Shown here in pieces: positions 42,295 through 52,641 of a stretch of DNA of 64,000 nt. Each line of letters starts with the position of its first letter. Position 1 is the first letter of the stretch. A program made the translations under genes and the position numbers. Source of the DNA: Acetobacteraceae bacterium (GTDB lineage Bacteria; Pseudomonadota; Alphaproteobacteria; Acetobacterales; Acetobacteraceae); NCBI GenBank assembly GCA_025452005.1, contig JANWJK010000020.1:1740-65739 (forward strand). Direction: 5' to 3'. The notes under the pieces are model-generated. The model saw nothing but the letters and a program-made list of their open reading frames with translations, made no database searches and had not been told where the DNA came from.

Positions 42295-43767
42295 TTAGAC
42301 TGCCTGCAGCGCGAACACGTTGAAGCGCCAGGGAGCGAGGTCGATGTATAGACCGTTGTCGACGAGGTCGTTGCCATCTCGAACGTAGCATTCGGTCCCC
42401 AGGATATCCACGAGACGTACTGTCGTGCCCCGCAAGTCGGGGAATGGCAGTTTGAGGCGGCACTGTCCCTGATTGCCCGCATAATTTACAACAACGACAT
42501 GGCGGCTGCCTGAGCCAGATGTCCAAGCGTAGGCGACGAAGCACTCCGACGTCCAGTTGTCGGGCCAGGCCGCTTGTGCGTCGATCTGCGACCAGACGCC
42601 GTCGCGAAAGGCGCCGGTCTCCTTCAATACCCGCAACAACGTTGCATAAAATTGGGCGTATGCCTGATTTATCGGCTCGATCGGGCCACGACAGAGATGG
42701 GCCGGTACCCGTAGGCGCGCGCCCTCGAACTGGCCATGTTGGAAAAGGCGCAGTCCTGGCGAGAGGAACGTGACCACCGCCGCCGCCTGATGCTGCTGCC
42801 AGGGAAATTCCGCAGCCGCACGCGGCTCGTCGTGGTTCTCAAGAAATCGGGCGAGCCTGTCCTGATAGTCGAGGCCGGCCCCGAGATGATCGCGAATCGG
42901 CCCGGCGACGCCTTCCTTCAGCCGGTCGTACAGCCGCTTATCGTAGCAATAGTCAAAGCCCTGCTGCTGCAAGGTCCATTCGAGATCCCAATAGGCCTCG
43001 GCCATGAAGATGAAATTGAGATATCTTACGCGCACCGCCGCCATCGCCTGAGGCCAGAACGACGATGGCGTGATCCCCCAGGTGCGCTGAAAAACCTCTG
43101 GCAACAGCAGCATCGCCATGTCACAACGCGCGCCGTCGCACATGCCTGCGATCGCGATCAGTTCGTCGATTTGCGCGACGTGCAGGTCGAGGTTTGCGTA
43201 GTTGAGTTGCAATGTATCGGGCCAGCCAGGGTAATTCGGGTCGCGGCCATGGGCGAGGATCTTGCCGGCAGCCCGCATATAGTTGTGCGGCTCGTGCGAC
43301 ATAGCCTCCTCGCTGGCCTCCATGTAGTATTCCGGATGGCTACTCACCCACGGATGGTCGGGCGCGGTATGGTTCGGCACGAAGTCGAGCATCAGCCTGA
43401 TGCCGCATCTGGCCAATCTTTCGCGGAAGTGCGCCAACCCGGCCGAACCGCCGAGAGTGTCGCTGACGGTGTAGGCGGTGATTGCGAAGCCGGAGCCGCA
43501 TATGTCGTCCTCGGTCAGGTCGGGCAGAACGGCTGCGAACTCGCGCCGCCATTCGGGGTTGCCGCGCGAGACCGCCCGGCCCGCCGCGCCGGTCTGCCAC
43601 ACGCTCAACAGCCAGATCCAATCGAAACCTTGTTCGGCGAAGCCTGCGATTGTTTTGTGATCGATGTCGGCCAGAGTGATCTGGCGGCCAAACTCATGGG
43701 TAAGGCGCTGAAGCCAGACACGCGTGTTGATTTGGAAGAGCGACGGATAGCGTGACCTGGCAGCCAT
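42295..43767 (-). CDS. Alpha-amylase family (GH13-like) glycoside hydrolase
   Basis: FDWIWLLSVWQ, IRLMLDFVPNHTAPDHPW (GH13 region I, DxxxNH). AGGAG RBS. The start lies 15 nt downstream of the GH63-like stop. Confidence 0.8.
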   Translation of the reverse strand: MAARSRYPSLFQINTRVWLQRLTHEFGRQITLADIDHKTIAGFAEQGFDWIWLLSVWQTGAAGRAVSRGNPEWRREFAAVLPDLTEDDICGSGFAITAYTVSDTLGGSAGLAHFRERLARCGIRLMLDFVPNHTAPDHPWVSSHPEYYMEASEEAMSHEPHNYMRAAGKILAHGRDPNYPGWPDTLQLNYANLDLHVAQIDELIAIAGMCDGARCDMAMLLLPEVFQRTWGITPSSFWPQAMAAVRVRYLNFIFMAEAYWDLEWTLQQQGFDYCYDKRLYDRLKEGVAGPIRDHLGAGLDYQDRLARFLENHDEPRAAAEFPWQQHQAAAVVTFLSPGLRLFQHGQFEGARLRVPAHLCRGPIEPINQAYAQFYATLLRVLKETGAFRDGVWSQIDAQAAWPDNWTSECFVAYAWTSGSGSRHVVVVNYAGNQGQCRLKLPFPDLRGTTVRLVDILGTECYVRDGNDLVDNGLYIDLAPWRFNVFALQAV

Positions 43768-43781
43768 CGTCTCCTACTTTC

Positions 43782-46503
43782 TTACTCCGCGTGGCGGAAC
43801 GCCGCACCTCTGCCGCCGTGGAGGAATGTCCGAGCATCGAGGTTGCCGAAGATCTGAATCAGGCCAGCGACGACACCTGTCCACCCGGTCTGATGACTGG
43901 CACCAAGGCCGGCCCCGTCGTCACCATTGAAGTATTCATAGAACAGCAGATGGTCCCGCCAATGGGGATCGCGCTGGAACTTTTCGGCGCCGCCGTAAAC
44001 CGGACGCCGGCCGGTTTCGTCGCTCAGGAAGATTTTGGCCAGCCGATCGGTGATTTCCTTGGCGACATCGAACAGGTTCATCAGATTGCCCGAGCCGGTG
44101 GGACATTCGATCCTGAAGTTCTCGCCGTAATATGCAAAGTAGTGCATTAGCGCGCGGATGATCAGGGCATTGACCGGCATCCAGATGGGCCCGCGCCAGT
44201 TCGAATTGCCGCCGAACATGCCGGTGTCCGACTCGGCGAAGATAACCCACCCGGTACTCCTGCCCTCCCACCGAGAAGATGTAAGGATGCTCGGCGTGAT
44301 AGCGAGACAATGACCGGATGCCGTAAGGACTAAGGAACTCGTTCTCGTCGAGCATTCGCATCAGGATCCGGCGCAGGCGATCCTCGTTCACCAGACCTAT
44401 GATGCCGCGTTCATCGACACCGAAATTCCCCGGCCCGGTCGCATGCATTGCCTCGAGCAGCTCGGGCATGCGCTTGATGCGCTCCCAAATTTGCTCGACG
44501 AGCCTGGGGGCGGCCTCCCGTTGGGACCGCTCGACGACCGTGGCGGCACATAGCGGCAGAAGGCCTACCATCGAACGGACTCTGAGCCGGGTCGTGCGCC
44601 CGTCAGGCAGGCGCAGCACGTCGTAATAGAAACCATCGTCCTCATCCCACATGCCCTCGGGACCGATCGTATTCATCGCTCGGGCGATGAGCAAAAACTC
44701 GATACCGTAATTGACCGCCAGATCCTGGTAGGTCGGATCGTGTGCCGCGAGTTCGAACGCGATCTCGAGCATGTTCTGGCAGAACAGGGCCACCCAGGCG
44801 GTTCCATCAGCCTGCTCCAAGTGACCGCCGGTCGGCAATGGAGCGCTGCGGTCGAAGACGCCGATGTTGTCGAGGCCGAGAAAACCTCCCTCGAAGAGGC
44901 TATTGCCGAACCGGTCCTTTCGGTTCACCCACCAGCCGAAATTGGATGCAAGCTTGCCGAATACCCCCTTTAGGAAATTCAGATCGGTCGTGCCGCACAA
45001 TGCCTGTTCCATCCGATAGACGAAGATCGCTGCCCAGGCATGTACCGGCGGATTGACATCGCTGAAGTTCCACTCATAGGCGGGGATCTGTCCGGTCGGA
45101 TTCTGATAGGCGTGGTCGAGCAGAAGATTGATCTGCTGCTTGGCGAAATCGATGTCCACGCTCGACAGCGCGAGCGCATGGAAGGCCAGGTCCCACGCTG
45201 CGAACCAGGGATATTCCCATTTGTCCGGCATCGAGATCACATGATCGGCGATCATGTGGAACCATTCCCGATTGCGCACCTGGCGGGTCGACGGCCGCAG
45301 CCCATCGACACCATGCTCCTCGAGCCACTTGTCGGCATCGAGGAAGAAGAACTGCTTGCTCCACAGCATGCCGGCGAGCGCCTGCCGCATGACGTTGGCC
45401 GCATCTTCGCCCACGTCGGCTGGCGTGATCGCCTGATAGAACGCATCTGCCTCGCAACGACGCTGCTCGAAGATTTCGTCGAACCGGCTACCAAATGTCA
45501 CATCCGACGAAGGTTGCTTGAGTCGTAGGCGGGTCACGGAGGTCGCACCAGCGCCGACATCCACCTGGTAATGCGCGGCGGCCTTGGTTCCCGTCTGGTC
45601 CGGGTTGATGGCTCCCCGCGTTCCCCCCACGACATGGTCGTTGATGCCATCCTTGACGTAGGGTGCTCGGTTTGGTGTCCCGAAAACCCGTTCGCTGTTG
45701 GTCTCGTTCTCGGTGAACAGAAGGTTCGGCTTGCCTTCGCAATACAAAACGCGTTCGCCCAGTTCGTCATGCGACGTCGCGATCGCACAGAGACTGTCGC
45801 CTTCCGCTGCGGCTCGCAGGATTGGTTTCGGCTGGCCCGGCCACCAGGTCCAGGTGTTGCGAAACCACAGCGTGGCCAGCACGTGCAACTTCGCGGCCTC
45901 CGGCCCGCGGTTGCACGAACTGATCTTGATCAGGACGTCATCGGGACTGGCCTTCGCGTATTCGACGAACACATCGAAATACCGATCGTCATCGAACACG
46001 CCCGTGTCGAGCAGCTCGTACTCGAAGTCGTCGCGCCCGCGCTGCCGGTTCGTTTCTACCAGATCGCGGTAAGGATAAGCGCTCTGTGGATATTTGTACA
46101 AATATCTCATGTATGAGTGTGTCGGCGTACTGTCCAGGTAGAAGTAGTACTCCTTTACGTCCTCGCCATGATTGCCTTCGCCGTTGGTTAGGCCGAACAA
46201 CCGCTCCTTAAGGATAGGATCGTTGCCATTCCACAGGGCAACGGAAAAGCACAGAATCTGGCGGTCGTCACTCAATCCAGCAAGGCCATCCTCGCCCCAG
46301 TGATAGGCGCGCGAACGAGCCTGATCGTGAGTGAAGTAGTTCCAGGCATCGCCGTTCTCGCTGTAGTCCTCGCGAACCGTGCCCCATTGGCGCTCGCTAA
46401 GGTAAGGTCCCCATGTCTTCCACTGCACCCCGTTCTCGCGCACCTCGTCGAGGCGCCGCTCCTCCTCGGTTATCGCCCTCTGCGGGCCGGGCGTGCCAGA
46501 CAT
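43782..46503 (-). pseudogene. GH63-like (MGH1/glucosidase-type) glycoside hydrolase with a single frameshift near 44238
   Basis: The N-terminal 750 aa are coding-like (WGPYLSERQWGTVREDYSENGDAWNYF..., ...[17 protein letters not shown]). That frame then decays into an Arg-rich tail. A shifted frame continues with [30 protein letters not shown]... to the stop at 43782. Confidence 0.8.
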
Positions 46504-46790
46504 CGTCGCCTCCTGTCGAGACCCGTTGCAGGCACCTGGAATGTTCCTGGGTCTTCTCGCGCCGGCCAGCGTAACGGAACGACACCGAGTAGCAAGTGTG
46601 CACTCGGGTCACATCCGAATGTAATAGATAGACGCGCTGGCCGTCTCTCCTTCACCCTTGCGCCGGGCGAGCAGCTTCGAGTCCAACATCATGGGAAGCG
46701 GCCCCGCCGGGACGCGCTGTCGGTGTAGATCTGAGCTGTATCGCTGCGCCACCCTTTCGCCCAAGGGGGGCGCGTGCTACCGGCGCGGCG

Positions 46791-47471
46791 ATGAAACGTC
46801 TGACACAGCACCCGGTTGCGCAGGCGGCGCTCGCCAGACTGCTTGGGCTGTATCTCGAATTCGCATTATGGACCACGCGCTGGTCGCTCGAGGGCCACGA
46901 GCACATGGCGCCGCATGCTGCTGGCGCCCCCGTCGTGGTAGCGTTCTGGCATGAGCGGCTGTCGCTGATGCCAATGCTGTGGGTGAAGGCGCGGCAGTCC
47001 GCCGAAGGGCGCGACGTCCGCAACCGCGTCCACGTGTTGGTCAGCCGCCATCGCGACGGCCGATTCATTGGCGCCGTGGTCAGCCGCTTCGCGCTCGACG
47101 TTGTGCTTGGGTCCTCATCGCGCGGCGGCGCCAAGGGGCTGCGCGTCATGCTGAACCTGCTCGCCAGCGGTGATCACATCGCCATCACCCCGGATGGCCC
47201 CCGCGGCCCGCGCCGAGTCGCCGCCACAGGCGTGGCGCAGCTTGCGGCGTTGTCGGGCGTGCCGGTGCTGCCCTGTGCAGCACAGACGACCCGCCACTGG
47301 GTGCTGCGCACCTGGGATCGCATGGTGGTGCCCAAGCCGTTCGGCCGCGGCGTGGTGGTCTGCCTTCCGACCATCGCGGTCAACCGCGACTCGTGGCAGG
47401 ACGCCATACCGGCGATCGGCGCCGCGCTGACTGCGGCGGCTGAAAGGGCGGATCGACTGTGCCTCGCCTGA
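46791..47471 (+). CDS. DUF374 lysophospholipid acyltransferase-like protein
   Basis: VVAFWHERL...LVSRHRDGRFI...ITPDGPRGP pattern. Conserved position upstream of waaA. Confidence 0.8.
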   Translation: MKRLTQHPVAQAALARLLGLYLEFALWTTRWSLEGHEHMAPHAAGAPVVVAFWHERLSLMPMLWVKARQSAEGRDVRNRVHVLVSRHRDGRFIGAVVSRFALDVVLGSSSRGGAKGLRVMLNLLASGDHIAITPDGPRGPRRVAATGVAQLAALSGVPVLPCAAQTTRHWVLRTWDRMVVPKPFGRGVVVCLPTIAVNRDSWQDAIPAIGAALTAAAERADRLCLA

Positions 47472-48715
47472 ACCTCCTGGCCGCCGCCTGGGCGGTGGCA
47501 GCGACCGCCGCTGCTCCGGGCTTGCGGCTGTTGCTGCGGGTGCGACAGGCGCGCGGCAAGGAGGCGCCCGGACGGCTCGCGGAACGCCGCGGCATCGACG
47601 GGACGCCGCGGCCACCCGGACGCCTGATTTGGCTACACGCCGCCTCGGTCGGCGAGACGATGTCGATCTTGCCAGTCCTACCACCCTTGGCCGAAGTCGC
47701 GCCGACGGTGTTGTTGACCACCGGTACCGTGACTTCTGCAACGCTGCTGGCGCAGCGGCTAGACCCGGCGTTGGTCGGCCGGGTGCTGCACCGGTTCGTA
47801 CCACTCGATGTCCCGGCCTGGGTCGCGCGATTCCTTGATCATTGGCAACCCGACGCGGCAGGTTTCGTCGAGAGCGAATTGTGGCCGAACCTTCTGGCCG
47901 CCTGTCGGGTGCGGCACATCCCGATGGTGTTGATCAATGGGCGGTTGTCCGAACGCAGCCTGGCGCGGTGGCGCCGCGTTCCACGGCTCGCACAGCACGT
48001 GCTTGGCGAATTCGCCAGCGTCCAGCCGCGCAGTGAGACCGACGCTGAACGGCTGCGCGCCCTGGGTTGCTCTCGGATGAGCGCGCCGGGCGATCTGAAG
48101 CTGGCCGCGCCGCCGCTGCCCGTCGACGAGACGGAACTGCAGAGGTTGCGGGAGTTGCTGGCTGGGCGGCCAGTCTGGTTCGTCGCCAGCACGCATCCGG
48201 GCGAGGAGTCCCTGGTCCTTTCTGCCCATCGAGCGCTCGCAGCGGAGCATCCGCTTCTTCTGACGATCATCGCACCCCGCCACCCGGAACGTGGCACAAC
48301 TATTCGCGCGGACGCCTACCGTTCACGCGGTGATGGCCCACCGACAAAGGGTGTCTGGGTCGCCGACACACTGGGCGAGTTGGGCCTGTGGTACCGGCTG
48401 GCCGGCATCACCTTCATCGGCCGCAGCCTGCTGCCCCCAGGTGGCGGGCAAAACCCGCTAGAGCCGGCACGCCTTGGCTGCGCGATCGCCGTCGGACCTT
48501 ACACCAGCAACTTCACCGACCACGTCGCGATGCTGCGCGCGGCCGGCGCGCTGGCGGTCGTACGGGACGTTTTGGAGCTTGCCCGCTGGGTGGATGGCTT
48601 GCTGCGCGACCCGGAAAGGCTTCAAGCGATGCGGGAGGCCGCCTCGACCGCGGTGGGGTGTCAAGCTGACCTGCCCCGGCGCACCGCCGCTGCACTGCTC
48701 GAATTGCTGGGATGA
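47459..48715 (+). CDS. waaA: 3-deoxy-D-manno-octulosonic acid (Kdo) transferase
   Basis: LIWLHAASVGETMSILP motif. GTG start overlaps the DUF374 gene end. Confidence 0.9.
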   Translation: MPRLNLLAAAWAVAATAAAPGLRLLLRVRQARGKEAPGRLAERRGIDGTPRPPGRLIWLHAASVGETMSILPVLPPLAEVAPTVLLTTGTVTSATLLAQRLDPALVGRVLHRFVPLDVPAWVARFLDHWQPDAAGFVESELWPNLLAACRVRHIPMVLINGRLSERSLARWRRVPRLAQHVLGEFASVQPRSETDAERLRALGCSRMSAPGDLKLAAPPLPVDETELQRLRELLAGRPVWFVASTHPGEESLVLSAHRALAAEHPLLLTIIAPRHPERGTTIRADAYRSRGDGPPTKGVWVADTLGELGLWYRLAGITFIGRSLLPPGGGQNPLEPARLGCAIAVGPYTSNFTDHVAMLRAAGALAVVRDVLELARWVDGLLRDPERLQAMREAASTAVGCQADLPRRTAAALLELLG

Positions 48716-49671
48716 TGCCGCAGCCGCCGGAGTTTTGGTCCCATGACGGCGTCCTGCCCCGGCTGCTGTCCCCGTTTGCGGCCGTCACTGCCGCGGTTAC
48801 AGCTCGCCGCGCCGCACGGCCCGGCTGGCATGCGGCGGTGCCGGTGATCTGCTGCGGCAATGTCACCGTCGGCGGCACCGGAAAGACCACACTCGCGCTG
48901 GACATCGGCGCTCGGCTCGCGGCACGCGGGCAGCGGGTGCATTTCCTGCTGCGCGGCTACGGCGGGGCCAGCCGTGGGCCACACCGCGTTACGGCTGGCA
49001 ATACTGCCAACCAGGTAGGCGACGAGGCGTTACTGCTGGCTGCGGTAGCGCCGACCTGGACAGGCGCCGATCGCACCGCCAGCGCTCGCGCCGCCGTCGC
49101 CGCCGGTGCCGAAATACTGGTGCTAGACGACGGGTTGCAGAACCCGGGCTTGCACAAGGATCTGTCGTTGCTGGTGGTGGACGGCGTATCCGGCTTCGGG
49201 AACGGTCGCGCGCTGCCGGCAGGCCCGCTGCGCGAGCCGGTGGCGACCGGCGCGGCGCGCTGCCAAGCGGCGGTGCTAATCGGCCCTGACGTTGCACGAG
49301 TTGCGGCGAAGCTGCCGCTTCCGGTGTTGCGCGCCGCATTGCGTCCAGGGCCGGAGATCGCCGCGTTTGTCGGTCACCGCGTGCTCGCGTTCGCCGGAAT
49401 TGCCCGGCCGGCAAAATTCTTCACGATGCTGGCTGAGGCAGGCGTCGTCGTTGCCACAACGATCCAGTTCTCCGATCATCATCCGTTCTCGGAATCGGAC
49501 CTGCAGCGCGTGATCGATGAGTCGGTGCGGCACGATGCAATGCCGGTGACGACCCCGAAGGATGCAGTGCGCCTGCCGGCTGCATACCACGATCGCATCA
49601 GCGTTATTGGGGTATCGCTCGCCTGGGATGATCCGACCGCACTGGACGCGCTGCTGGCACGTATCCCATGA
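48712..49671 (+). CDS. lpxK: Tetraacyldisaccharide 4'-kinase
   Basis: P-loop GNVTVGGTGKTT. ATGA overlap with waaA. Confidence 0.9.
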   Translation: MMPQPPEFWSHDGVLPRLLSPFAAVTAAVTARRAARPGWHAAVPVICCGNVTVGGTGKTTLALDIGARLAARGQRVHFLLRGYGGASRGPHRVTAGNTANQVGDEALLLAAVAPTWTGADRTASARAAVAAGAEILVLDDGLQNPGLHKDLSLLVVDGVSGFGNGRALPAGPLREPVATGAARCQAAVLIGPDVARVAAKLPLPVLRAALRPGPEIAAFVGHRVLAFAGIARPAKFFTMLAEAGVVVATTIQFSDHHPFSESDLQRVIDESVRHDAMPVTTPKDAVRLPAAYHDRISVIGVSLAWDDPTALDALLARIP

Positions 49672-49869
49672 ACCGGCCGATCACGATATCGAGCCTATCG
49701 ATTGACACATATCGGGCCGAGCCTGCGACATTCTCGGCGTCCAGCCCCTTAGTTAGGTTCTCCGGCATTCTCGTAGGAAACCGCGGGCCGAGGATGTACG
49801 ACAAAACACCCACCCGCCGGGGTATGAGCTCGGATATTGAATTGCGCGCGCAGCGTGGGCGGTTTCTTT

Positions 49870-50265
49870 TCTCACATGAATGGCAGCGATGTCGCGTCTT
49901 CTATCGCAAGACCGTCGCCGAGACGCATGATCGCCAGTGCCGTTGCGCGCAGACGTCCGACCGGCGACGAGCGTAGGTCGAAGCCGAGGCGCGAGGCCGG
50001 CAGGATGGCATAGAAGGCACCACCATAGCCGATGTGGCAGAGGGTGCTGAAACCGGGATGGTGCACGAACAGCACCCCGAGTGCGGCGGGTGGAGCGGCA
50101 GGAACCACGAGTGCGCCCTACATCTCGGCGTGCCCGCGGGGGTCCGGCGTGAGGCGGCGACGGTGGAGGTCGAGGCGGGATGCCGCATCTCGAGGATGAG
50201 ACGCACCGGCTCGCCACCAGTTTGCATCTCGACCGTACGGTAGCTGGCGAGCGGATGGGTGCTAA
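49870..50265 (-). pseudogene. Remnant of a proline racemase / 4-hydroxyproline epimerase family gene
   Basis: Family motifs appear on the minus strand in order but in different frames and far too close together. YRTVEMQTGGEPVRLI (compare DxHTGGEPxRxV). LTPDPRGHAEM followed by an in-frame TAG where homologues have Tyr. GVLFVHHPGFSTLC. IGYGGAFYAILPASRLGFDL (compare AYGGAFYAIVDAxxLGLxL). Confidence 0.5.
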
Positions 50266-50511
50266 GGCCGGTCTTGTCAGGCCTGTTGCGGTGGGTTGCT
50301 TTCGGCCGCTGATGGGGTGGATAGTGCTCAAAGAAGGATTCAACACGACCATGGCCGGGGCCTGCCTCGAGGGCGGAAGCTACTCAGACCGACGTGATCA
50401 GTGGGCGCGTTACCAACCCGGGCTCCCGTTGTCGGGTCCGCCACTACCCCTGACTTCTCATCACGCAGGTTCATAATGGGGGTTCGCAGCCGATCCGCCG
50501 CGCAGCCGCAC

Positions 50512-50835
50512 TCAGCCCGGCACTCTTACGAGCAAGTCATTGCCATTCACCTTCAGCTCATATACCTGTAGGTCGGTCTCAGCGGGCGCACACAGGGCTT
50601 TACCGGTCCGCACATCAAACCGTGCGGCGTGCAGCGGGCACTCGATGCAGCCATCCTCAAGCCAACCGTCGGACAGCTGGGCATATTCATGGCTGCAGAT
50701 ATTGTCAGTGGCGCGAAAATCCCCACCCGGCAGGTGGTACAGAGCAATCTCACGCTCGCCGACACGCACAGCATGTACCTGACCCTCGGCGACGTCCGCA
50801 ACGCCCGCCACCCGCACCCAACCCGCATCGGCCAT
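50512..50835 (-). CDS. Rieske [2Fe-2S] ferredoxin
   Basis: CSHEYAQL...CPLHAARF (CxH...CxxH). 107 aa. AGGAG RBS. Confidence 0.85.
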   Translation of the reverse strand: MADAGWVRVAGVADVAEGQVHAVRVGEREIALYHLPGGDFRATDNICSHEYAQLSDGWLEDGCIECPLHAARFDVRTGKALCAPAETDLQVYELKVNGNDLLVRVPG

Positions 50836-50957
50836 TTTGCTCTCCTGGTTTCGACTCGCGCCAGCATGCCAGCCGGCGCCGAGACGGCCAAGCCACTGGT
50901 TGCCCGATTCGTGGGCAGGTATCTAAACTACGTCGCTTTGTTGGGGGTGTCGTTGAC

Positions 50958-51371
50958 ATGTTGGCATCTGAACTCTGGCGGATCAGCCTAGTTGCGGCGG
51001 CGGCGCTTGCCGCAGTTCCGAAAGCCTCGGCCCAGCACGTGATCCTCGACGCACCCAGTTTGACAGGCGAGAAGAAGGCGCCGAGCGCGCCACCACCCCG
51101 CGCGCAACCCGCGGTATGGCCGCGGCTCGACCCCGGCGCCATACTCTGCCAAACTGCAGACGACCTGGATCGCCACGCGGCCAACATGACAGCCCGGGTG
51201 AGCGGGGGCGAAACCCTAGCGGCGAATTGCCGGATTATAGCCCTGCCGACCGGCATTCAGATCCTTAGCCGACAGGGCCTCGGCCGCACCCAGGTCAAGC
51301 TGAGCTCGGCAGACAATGCGACCGGCTGGACCGACGCGTGGCTACCCGACAAAGCCCCTGCGGGACGATGA
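50958..51371 (+). CDS. Hypothetical secreted protein
   Basis: ATG at 50958. Signal-like ISLVAAAALAAVPKASAQ. The stop overlaps the reductase start (ATGA). No motif recognised. Confidence 0.45.
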   Translation: MLASELWRISLVAAAALAAVPKASAQHVILDAPSLTGEKKAPSAPPPRAQPAVWPRLDPGAILCQTADDLDRHAANMTARVSGGETLAANCRIIALPTGIQILSRQGLGRTQVKLSSADNATGWTDAWLPDKAPAGR

Positions 51372-52582
51372 CACATATCATCGTGGGCGCGGGCCAGGCC
51401 GGTGGCTGGGCTGCCATTGCCATGCGCCAAGCCGGCTATGAAGGTCGCATCCTACTGGTCGGGGACGAAGCGTGGCGTCCGTATGAACGTCCGCCCCTTT
51501 CCAAGGCTGTGCTGACAGACGAACCCGAACCGCCGGTCGCGTATTTCCACCCAGCCGAGCGCTTCGTGGAGCTAGGGATCGAGCTGCTGCTGGGCACGTC
51601 GGTAGCCCAATTGGACCCAGCGGCCCATGGCATCCGGCTGTCAGACGGGCAGCGCCTCGAGTATGACCGTGTGCTAATCGCGGCGGGCGGCCGGGCGCGC
51701 CATCTTCCCATTCCGGGCGGCGAGAAAGCGCACTATTTGCGCACCATCGAGGATGCGCGGCTGATCCGCACAAAGCTGGCCACGGCTCGGCGTGTAGTAT
51801 GCATCGGAGCCGGGGTTATCGGGCTGGAAATTGCATCGTCGGCCAGCAAACGTGGCGCCGAGGTGACGGTGCTGGAGGCATTGCCGCGTGCAATGGGGCG
51901 AAGCGTTTCACCTGAGGGAGCTCAGTTCATTGAAAGCCTGCACCGTGACGCCGGCGTAATGCTGCATTTCGGCGTCATCGTCGATGCGATCGAGAGTGCA
52001 GCAGATGCCACCTTGCGGGTGAGCTGTCGCGGCGGCATAGAATTCTCCGGCGATATGGTGCTCGCCGGCGTCGGCATGCAACGCAATCTAGCGATGGCCG
52101 AGCACGCCGGGCTCGCCCTGGAAGGCGGCATCGTGGTCGATGAGTTCGGTCGCACGAGTGCGCCCGATGTCTATGCGGCCGGCGACATTACTGCCTTCCA
52201 CCATCCGCTATTCAATCGTCGGCTTCGGCTGGAATCGTGGCGGCATGCGCAGAACCATGGAATAGCGGTGGGCAAGGCTATGTGCGGCGAGGCGTCACCT
52301 TATGACGACATTCCCTGGTTTTGGACGGATCAACATGGGGTCAATCTGCAGGTGGCGGGGCTGCCGGCTGACGCAGTGCGAACCATAGTGCGTGCGAATG
52401 CGCCACCAAGTGTGTTCACGGCAATTCACCTGGCCGAGGATGGGAGCGTCATAGGTCTCACGGCGGCCAACGATCCGCGTGTCGTCCGTGCCGGTCAAGC
52501 GCTGATCAAGGCAAGATGTCCGGTCGATCCTGACGCGCTCGCCGATCCGGACGTGCCGCTGCAGCACCTGATCAGACGGTGA
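51368..52582 (+). CDS. FAD/NAD(P)-dependent ferredoxin reductase
   Basis: IIVGAGQAGG and VCIGAGVIGLE dinucleotide folds, YAAGDI. Same class as reductase components of Rieske or P450 systems. Confidence 0.85.
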   Translation: MTHIIVGAGQAGGWAAIAMRQAGYEGRILLVGDEAWRPYERPPLSKAVLTDEPEPPVAYFHPAERFVELGIELLLGTSVAQLDPAAHGIRLSDGQRLEYDRVLIAAGGRARHLPIPGGEKAHYLRTIEDARLIRTKLATARRVVCIGAGVIGLEIASSASKRGAEVTVLEALPRAMGRSVSPEGAQFIESLHRDAGVMLHFGVIVDAIESAADATLRVSCRGGIEFSGDMVLAGVGMQRNLAMAEHAGLALEGGIVVDEFGRTSAPDVYAAGDITAFHHPLFNRRLRLESWRHAQNHGIAVGKAMCGEASPYDDIPWFWTDQHGVNLQVAGLPADAVRTIVRANAPPSVFTAIHLAEDGSVIGLTAANDPRVVRAGQALIKARCPVDPDALADPDVPLQHLIRR

Positions 52583-52641
52583 GATGGCGAGATGCCGGCT
52601 GCTCGGCAGTATCGGCGGCCGATGCGAAATGCGATGGAATG

